DNA of 64,000 nucleotides from Promethearchaeota archaeon (GTDB taxonomy: Archaea; Asgardarchaeota; Lokiarchaeia; Sigyniarchaeales; SOKP01), in contig JAHPZE010000001.1 in the NCBI GenBank assembly GCA_019058365.1, positions 160,001-224,000 of the forward strand, in the 5' to 3' direction. This document shows positions 58,169-64,000 of the stretch, in pieces. Every line of letters starts with the position of its first letter. The first letter of the stretch is position 1. The position numbers and the translations under genes are program-made. Below the pieces are notes generated by a model. That model was not told where the DNA came from and did not search any database. It saw only the letters and a program-made list of their open reading frames with translations.

Positions 58169-59208
58169 TTACTTTCTTCATCTTCTTCAAATTCCATGCT
58201 TGATTCAGGTTTATTCTCACTTATAGGAGTAATATGTAGCCTTCTAACTATTTTTCTTACTTCTTCAATTTTCATACTCTCTGGAGGCAAATTTAGTTGA
58301 ATTTTTTTAGCTAAATCATAGGCCAGCTCAATATATTTGAGATCCTCTAAGAATTCAATTATTTGGATTTTATAATCAACATCTTCAGATCCTTTGCCGT
58401 ACTCCATTAATTTTTCTTTAAGTAAGATATCAATTTTATCTGATCTTTCCGACCGTTTAACTGCCTTTACAAGCATTTTAAAAGAATTCATAATGTTATA
58501 CATTTCAGATTTAGCATAACTATCTATGTTTTTCAATACATAGAAAATATATATTTCTGCTTTCTCCCACCTTTTAAATTTTAAACTAGTTTCAACCAAT
58601 TCTAACAATGCTAGTTCATAGAGAAATTTACTCTCAATGTTGGGAATTATCTTTTCAAAAATCCAATCCAGTAAATTTGGTTGATCAAATTTATCAATTA
58701 TATCGATTAAGAATTTTTCAACAGCAAAATACAATTTTGCATTTTCAGTTTTAGTTGAGGAAAGAAAAGATACTAAAGCATATTTAACGCGTCCCATAGC
58801 ATCCTCTAAATTAAGAGGTGTTTCTGCAAACTTATAAAATGCAGATTCTAAAATAGGAATTAGTTTGTCTTTAGCATCAAAATCATAAACAAAATATTCT
58901 CCCCACGCGGGACTTGAACCCATAGTTTTTTCAACTATTTTTTTCTCGCCCGGAGCTCGTGGAGGTTTTGTCACTTTAGTTTTTCTCGCTTTTAATTCAT
59001 CAGAAAGCTGTTTAACTTGGTCATCAGATAAAAATTCTAAAATTATTTTATCTTTTTCATTAGGAACAACTAATCTGAAATATACTTCAGCATCTTCTTT
59101 AAATAATAAGTCTCTTAAATCTTTTGGGAATGTGATTCCTGTTTTTGTTTTCTTTACAATCTCTTCAAAAAAAACCTGTTGATCATCAGAATTCTGATTT
59201 TCTTCCAT
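58165..59208 (-). CDS. Hypothetical protein: AbrB/MazE-like N-terminal domain plus helical (TPR-like) domain
   Basis: TKTGITFPKDLRDLL...YFRLVV...KIILEF resembles AbrB; the remainder is all-helical. Confidence 0.6.
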   Translation of the reverse strand: MEENQNSDDQQVFFEEIVKKTKTGITFPKDLRDLLFKEDAEVYFRLVVPNEKDKIILEFLSDDQVKQLSDELKARKTKVTKPPRAPGEKKIVEKTMGSSPAWGEYFVYDFDAKDKLIPILESAFYKFAETPLNLEDAMGRVKYALVSFLSSTKTENAKLYFAVEKFLIDIIDKFDQPNLLDWIFEKIIPNIESKFLYELALLELVETSLKFKRWEKAEIYIFYVLKNIDSYAKSEMYNIMNSFKMLVKAVKRSERSDKIDILLKEKLMEYGKGSEDVDYKIQIIEFLEDLKYIELAYDLAKKIQLNLPPESMKIEEVRKIVRRLHITPISENKPESSMEFEEDEESN

Positions 59209-59292
59209 ATGTATATTATTTTAATTATACTTTTAAAATATTTTATTGAGGATTTAAGAATAGCTATTTGACAAGATAGGATTGGATTTATA

Positions 59293-59895
59293 TTAACCAG
59301 TAATATTTACTAATTCAATACCTCTGTGTTGGAAATTACGGTCAATAAAACAAAGAATGGCGTGCCCTTTATGGACATACACAATTGGGACAGGATGAGA
59401 CTCTGCATTCTCAATGACACTTCTTTTTACAAATAGTGGGAGAACTTTATTACATACTCTACATTCTACTTGAATTCTTTTAACTAAATCTAAATTTGCA
59501 AAATTTTTTATGATATCTTCTATATTTTGTTTAAATCCATTAAAAAGACCGGGAGAAAAATTGCCATATGATAATATTACATTTACGTCATATACTTCGT
59601 TAAATTTCAAATCTACATATTCTAATAATGCTTCCAGTAATTGATATTGGACCTTTGGACTTGCTCCTACTGTATATATGAGATTATGCTTTCTTATATA
59701 TACAATTTTCATATTCCCCTTATCTTTATGAAAGAAAATGTCACTAATAGGGTTTTCTTTTACAATATTTAAATCTAAATCGAATCTCCTCATAGAACTT
59801 GGGGGTTTCCATTCAAAAAGAGTGAAATTCTCGTTACTAATATTGATAAATTCAAGGAATTCTGCGATATTTTTATATACAGACATATATTCCAT
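59293..59895 (-). CDS. Hypothetical protein: longin-like domain plus CxxC/His metal-binding domain
   Basis: N-terminal alpha/beta longin-like pattern; C-terminal CRVC...IVYVHKGHAILCFIDRNF. Confidence 0.6.
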   Translation of the reverse strand: MEYMSVYKNIAEFLEFINISNENFTLFEWKPPSSMRRFDLDLNIVKENPISDIFFHKDKGNMKIVYIRKHNLIYTVGASPKVQYQLLEALLEYVDLKFNEVYDVNVILSYGNFSPGLFNGFKQNIEDIIKNFANLDLVKRIQVECRVCNKVLPLFVKRSVIENAESHPVPIVYVHKGHAILCFIDRNFQHRGIELVNITG

Positions 59896-60052
59896 CCAAC
59901 CTAATTTAAGTTCTTAAACTATGAATTTTATTCCATATAAATTAAACTTCTTAAGATAGTAAAAATGTTGCTTTAACTAACTAATGAGACTTCTAATATT
60001 TATATTTTTCATTTAGATTAGCTATTAGAAAGTTAAATAGTAAACAAGATTT

Positions 60053-60293
60053 TTATTGATTGATTGAATATTTCTCCACTGTTTTTGTAGCATGTAAAAT
60101 CAAATAATTTAGGATATCTGTATTTAGATGAAATTCTTGACCAAATAGCGATTTGTAAACATCTAAAATTAAGTCGTATTCATATCTTTTCATTTGATAA
60201 TATGACCTTAGAAATTGATAAATGGCTTGAAAATATCTTAAATATAAAATCAAAACCACCTCTTTTATTTTCATCAGGAAGATTTGGATTCAT
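60053..60293 (-). other. Possible small or frameshifted ORF
   Basis: 73-aa ORF; an upstream ATG at 60293 in another frame (MNPNLPDENKRGGFDFIFK...) stops midway. Confidence 0.25.
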
Positions 60294-60392
60294 ATATTAT
60301 ATTTATGAAAAATTACTTTTTAGAAGAAAACTATCTAATTTTTCGTGAACATCTAGAAAACCTAATTATTCATAACATAATTATATTCTATT

Positions 60393-61223
60393 ATGAGTTT
60401 TGCTTATGTCAATGGAATAAATTTATCTTATGAAGTTAAAGGAACTGGTTTTCCAGTAATATTTATTCATGGTTTTGGCTCGAAACAAGAAATTTGGAAA
60501 CCTCAAATAAAAGAATTAAGTGAAAAATTTAAAACAATTACATTTGACCTAAGGGGAACTGGAAAAACTGACAGACCGAATTATTTCTACTCTATGAAAA
60601 TGTTTGTAGTTGATATAATTAATTTAATGAATTTTCTTCAAATTCAAAAGGCTCACTTAATAGGACGAAGTTTTGGAGGTATGATTGCCCAGCATTTCGC
60701 TTTGTCTTACCCTGAACGTTTAGATAAATTAATATTAATTGCAACAAATTATGGAAAACCTGATACCGAATGGGTTGAAATATTGAAAAATAATCGTCTT
60801 GAAGAGATTAAATTACTTGAAATAAGTCCTGAAAAAGCCTTTTGGAATAAATCGAGATGGGTTTTTCACCAGAATTTTCAGAAAGAATTAAAAAACAATC
60901 CAAAAAAGAAATATTTCAATCTATTTTCTGTTGAAGATTTAATTAAAGAAAGCACCATCAATCCTTCAAGGCCTCAGGATATCATAAATCAAGCTGAAGC
61001 CTTGAAGAAACACTATACTTTAGAAAAGTTAGAGCAAATTAAAAATAAAACATTATTAATTGCTGCTTCTCATGATAGATTAACTCCAAAATCAGTGATG
61101 ATTGAAATGCATAAGAAATTACCAAATTGTACATTAAAGATTATTGAAAATGCAGGACATTTTATGACACTATCAAGAGCTCCCGAAGTTAATAAAATTA
61201 TTTTAGATTTTTTAGAAAATTAA
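60393..61223 (+). CDS. Alpha/beta hydrolase
   Basis: FIHGFG, FDLRGTGKT, nucleophile GRSFGG, D(RLTP), AGH. Confidence 0.92.
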   Translation: MSFAYVNGINLSYEVKGTGFPVIFIHGFGSKQEIWKPQIKELSEKFKTITFDLRGTGKTDRPNYFYSMKMFVVDIINLMNFLQIQKAHLIGRSFGGMIAQHFALSYPERLDKLILIATNYGKPDTEWVEILKNNRLEEIKLLEISPEKAFWNKSRWVFHQNFQKELKNNPKKKYFNLFSVEDLIKESTINPSRPQDIINQAEALKKHYTLEKLEQIKNKTLLIAASHDRLTPKSVMIEMHKKLPNCTLKIIENAGHFMTLSRAPEVNKIILDFLEN

Positions 61224-61229
61224 TGAGGA

Positions 61230-62075
61230 ATGATAAGATTGGATGAAAAAAAGAAAAAAAGAGAACTTGATTCTTTCCAAGAGACTCATAAAATGAAGGA
61301 GTATGAAGATTTATCATTTACCGTGGTTTTAGTCAAACCTGAGCATTCTGGGAATATTGGTTCAATAGCTCGTGTTATGGAAAATTTCGATTTTGAAAAT
61401 CTTGTAATTTTTAATCCAATTGAGAGTGTCGATAAAATTTTAAGTTATAAAACTCAAGGATTTGCCATGCATGGAAAAAATATCCTTTTTAACGCAAAAA
61501 TTATTGAGATAAAGAACCAAGAAGACCATATACCGGAATTTAAACAATTTATGAAAAAATTCGATTATATTATAGCAACTACAGCTCAAGGAAAAAAACA
61601 CTCAAATATTAGGAGATTAGCAATCTTTCCAGAAGATTTGAATTTACCAGTTTCAGAAACACCATTAAAAATTGCGATATTATTTGGAAAGGAATCAAGA
61701 GGTTTGACCAATGAAGAGATTAGTCTTGCTGATATACTCTTGCGAATTCCTACAAGTAATAATTATTCTGCATTAAATTTATCTCATGCTTGCGGAATTA
61801 TTTTATATGAAATATTTAAAAAAATTAACATACTAAACATAGGGAGAGGAATAAGTCCCGTTTTAATTGCTGATAAAGAAGATCGTTCAACATTACTTAA
61901 TATAATAGAAGAAATAATAGAAAAACTGAAAATCAGGTCCCACAAAAAAGAAAATGTATTTTTTGCCTTTAGAAACATTTTTGGACGGAGCTTAATGTCA
62001 AAAAAGGAATTAAGTCTAATTTTAGGTCTCTTTTCTAAAGTTAATAGCATATTGGAAGATATAAATCTATATTAA
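61230..62075 (+). CDS. trmJ: SPOUT RNA methyltransferase, TrmJ/TrmH family
   Basis: VLVKPEHSGNIGSIARVMENF, IATTA, FGKESRGLTNEE, IPT, ALNLSHA. Confidence 0.88.
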   Translation: MIRLDEKKKKRELDSFQETHKMKEYEDLSFTVVLVKPEHSGNIGSIARVMENFDFENLVIFNPIESVDKILSYKTQGFAMHGKNILFNAKIIEIKNQEDHIPEFKQFMKKFDYIIATTAQGKKHSNIRRLAIFPEDLNLPVSETPLKIAILFGKESRGLTNEEISLADILLRIPTSNNYSALNLSHACGIILYEIFKKINILNIGRGISPVLIADKEDRSTLLNIIEEIIEKLKIRSHKKENVFFAFRNIFGRSLMSKKELSLILGLFSKVNSILEDINLY

Positions 62076-62125
62076 AAAAAATTATAGCTGAATTATTTAA
62101 TATGAACCCTAAGAGCGAACATTTT

Positions 62126-62395
62126 TTATGAATCACTTTTCTTCATTCTTTTTATTAATGTGTAAATCCCAGCAATAATACCCATTAAGGCAAACGCAAT
62201 CAATGAAGGCAGAATCAAAACGCCTATCCAACCAGTTATTATATCTCTTTCTCCTGTATCTGTCTCTATAGCATTATTTAAAATAAATTGAATAACCGGT
62301 TGAAAAAAAACAAACCAAACAACATAAGTCCCTATTATGAATACTATGATAAACAAATTAGACTTGGATATTCCCATTTTTTTTCCCCTCAGCAA
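62126..62395 (-). CDS. Small 2-TM hypothetical protein
   Basis: Two hydrophobic segments; probable start at MGISKS after a GAGGGG SD. Confidence 0.65.
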   Translation of the reverse strand: MLRGKKMGISKSNLFIIVFIIGTYVVWFVFFQPVIQFILNNAIETDTGERDIITGWIGVLILPSLIAFALMGIIAGIYTLIKRMKKSDS

Positions 62396-62486
62396 GTTTA
62401 CTGAGATTACTTTAGTTAAAAATTATCTATAATATTTAACACTTATTAATCAGAAATGGCGGTTTTTCTTTAAAAAAAAGGAGAAT

Positions 62487-63137
62487 TTATATAAAATATT
62501 TTTGTTGCAATTTTACATATTCTTTATAATCCAAGAACTCGTTTTCGACATATTCAAAAGCAATTTCGAATAACTGCCTTAATAATTCCTCAGGAAACGC
62601 ATTTTGCTCAAAAATTACCTCGTTTACTAATTCTTCAGTTAGGATTTGCGAATTAATTGGTTTATGCCACACCAAAAAACTCATCATTGCCTTTTCTACC
62701 TTAGATTTAATTAGATTTTTTATAAATTTTAAACTAATATCTCGCTTTGGATCTATAAAGTAAGGAAAATTCATATCATCTAAGATTCTGATGTAGTTTA
62801 AGGAATTTGTCATTTTTTCTACACAATAATCTAAGGAACTTACTGGAAGACCAAATTTTTGACAAAATCCTTTCTTACTTTCATGGGCAGGAAACGCAAA
62901 TGGATGCCTTGAGATTATATAATATGCTGCTATAAAAAATTTATATAAATTATGAGGTATTTTTCCGTTGTTTCTTAGATATTTATAGATAATTGAAACT
63001 GTGTCTAACAAATATTCATCTTTGATATCAAATTGTTGTAAAAAATCTTGACCATCTTTTATTAAATCGATGGTAATACGTTCTTTGGTGTTAATTACTT
63101 CATAATCAGGAGTATAAAGTTCTAACATTTCACACAC
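62487..63137 (-). CDS. Cyclin-fold (TFB repeat-like) protein lacking a Zn ribbon
   Basis: FLQQFDIKDEYLLDTVSIIYKY...NLYKFFIAAYYIISRH...FCQKFGLPVSSL aligns by eye with repeat 1 of the TFB at 16382. Confidence 0.55.
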   Translation of the reverse strand: MCEMLELYTPDYEVINTKERITIDLIKDGQDFLQQFDIKDEYLLDTVSIIYKYLRNNGKIPHNLYKFFIAAYYIISRHPFAFPAHESKKGFCQKFGLPVSSLDYCVEKMTNSLNYIRILDDMNFPYFIDPKRDISLKFIKNLIKSKVEKAMMSFLVWHKPINSQILTEELVNEVIFEQNAFPEELLRQLFEIAFEYVENEFLDYKEYVKLQQKYFI

Positions 63138-63144
63138 ACGACCG

Positions 63145-63186
63145 TATAATATTCATATGATATACTAATGGTATATGAATATTATA
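63145..63186. promoter_or_regulatory. Perfect 14-bp inverted repeat (14-nt spacer), putative operator
   Basis: TATAATATTCATAT-N14-ATATGAATATTATA immediately upstream of 62487..63137; TTTATAAA TATA-like box at ~63199. Confidence 0.55.
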
Positions 63187-63209
63187 TGATCCTCTTCATT
63201 TATAAATCT

Positions 63210-63229
63210 ATGCATCCTCAGTGATGCAT
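63210..63229. promoter_or_regulatory. 7-bp inverted repeat, putative operator
   Basis: ATGCATC-CTCAGT-GATGCAT in the same divergent intergenic region. Confidence 0.45.
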
Positions 63230-63313
63230 TAAATGATCATAAAAGACGAACATTTAAATATGCGAAAAAAAATGTAAATTATAACTAAAAGAATTTTTGG
63301 CGAATAATTTAAA

Positions 63314-63742
63314 ATGCCATCTGAATCTTCTAAATCAACTGGTCTACCAAGAACTACCGTAAGTTTAGATCCATTTGATAATGAGGTTATTCAAAAGATG
63401 GCTGATGAAATAAATAAGTCTAAGTCCGAAATATTACGTAATATTATTAATGAATGGATTATTTCAAATCCGGATACGTTACAAGCGAAATATGGAATTA
63501 ATTTTAAAGATATTAAACGCGAAATTCAAATAAAGAATGATGAGAGAACAATTGAAGATGATATTAATGAAATCGTTGGATTTTTCAAACGCACAAAAAG
63601 CATAGAAATTGACAGATTAGCAGAGAAGCTTGAAATGAGTCCTAAGACATTAACCGATTTACTTGATAAATACGGAGATCAAATTGAAGAGAAAGGTTTA
63701 AATTTTAGATTTGAAGGCGATTTGATTATAAAAATTGATTAA
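63314..63742 (+). CDS. Ribbon-helix-helix (CopG-like) plus winged-helix DNA-binding protein
   Basis: RTTVSLDPFDNEVIQKMADEINKSKSEILRNII (RHH); C-terminal SIEIDRLAEKLEMSPKTL...FRFEGDLII (wHTH). Confidence 0.78.
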   Translation: MPSESSKSTGLPRTTVSLDPFDNEVIQKMADEINKSKSEILRNIINEWIISNPDTLQAKYGINFKDIKREIQIKNDERTIEDDINEIVGFFKRTKSIEIDRLAEKLEMSPKTLTDLLDKYGDQIEEKGLNFRFEGDLIIKID

Positions 63743-63754
63743 ATTAGGATATAA

Positions 63755-64000
63755 ATGAGTACAGAAAAATTAAAACTAAATAAAATGTATTTTAAAAATT
63801 CTTATAAGAGAATCTCTGATAAAGACTTTAATATTTCTCAGTTAGTAATTCCTTTTTCTAAGATGTTTAGTTCCCAAAAATCAATTGATGTTTATTCAGG
63901 AAAAGAGAAAATTCCATTCAAGGAAAGAGATCCTGAATATAAAATGATTTTAAGGGAAGAGTTTGATAATAACTTAAATTGTGAATTTAAAATTTTTAAA
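63755..64000 (+). CDS. Partial hypothetical protein (runs off window end)
   Basis: ATG 12 nt after the RHH gene stop, open for 82 codons: MSTEKLKLNKMYFKNSYKRISDKDFNISQLVIPFSK... Confidence 0.6.
   Translation, partial: MSTEKLKLNKMYFKNSYKRISDKDFNISQLVIPFSKMFSSQKSIDVYSGKEKIPFKERDPEYKMILREEFDNNLNCEFKIFK

Noticed and set aside
820-62050. Short ORFs nested in or antisense to long genes (e.g. 820, 5739, 7310, 11234, 12303, 16972, 18475, 24460, 26005, 27779, 34180, 36323, 43434, 48013, 52921, 57631, 61784)
   Set aside because: Shadow frames of well-supported genes with no independent motifs.
1-64000. CRISPR array, IS/transposase, integrase, tRNA or rRNA
   Set aside because: No regularly spaced direct repeats, no DDE, tyrosine-recombinase or HUH motifs in the ORFs, and no GC-rich structured non-coding segments seen by eye. 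A tRNAscan/Infernal run would be needed to exclude small RNAs.

Overview
Very AT-rich, gene-dense archaeal chromosome segment, almost certainly from an Asgard archaeon (Lokiarchaeia/Promethearchaeota). The assignment rests on an actin-family gene, TFB paralogues, longin-like domain proteins, a degenerate small GTPase fusion, an IPGY-type (Loki-CTERM-like) surface protein and a multi-PAS histidine kinase. Housekeeping and metabolic genes include AOR, nfo, hxlB/PHI, topA, purD, an archaetidyl-type CDP-alcohol transferase, TrmJ, two M32 carboxypeptidases and two LLM oxidoreductases. I saw no rRNA, tRNA, CRISPR array or transposase. The most striking observations are: (1) two tandem SERCA-like P-type ATPases whose TM4 PEGL motif is replaced by PINL (the Glu-to-Ile swap typical of eukaryotic P4 lipid flippases) and whose TM6 Asp is His, so the substrate is probably not Ca2+; (2) a coiled-coil/Pro-rich/WH2-like protein two genes upstream of a divergent actin-related gene; (3) a cluster of longin, pseudo-GTPase and HEAT proteins; (4) a stand-alone cyclin-fold protein divergent from an RHH-wHTH regulator, with perfect inverted repeats between them; (5) tandem SET-domain genes plus an HDAC; (6) an unannotated deletion scar joining the dead 3' ends of a pyrK-like and a lutB-like gene. 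All family calls come from motif recognition by eye, without database searches.
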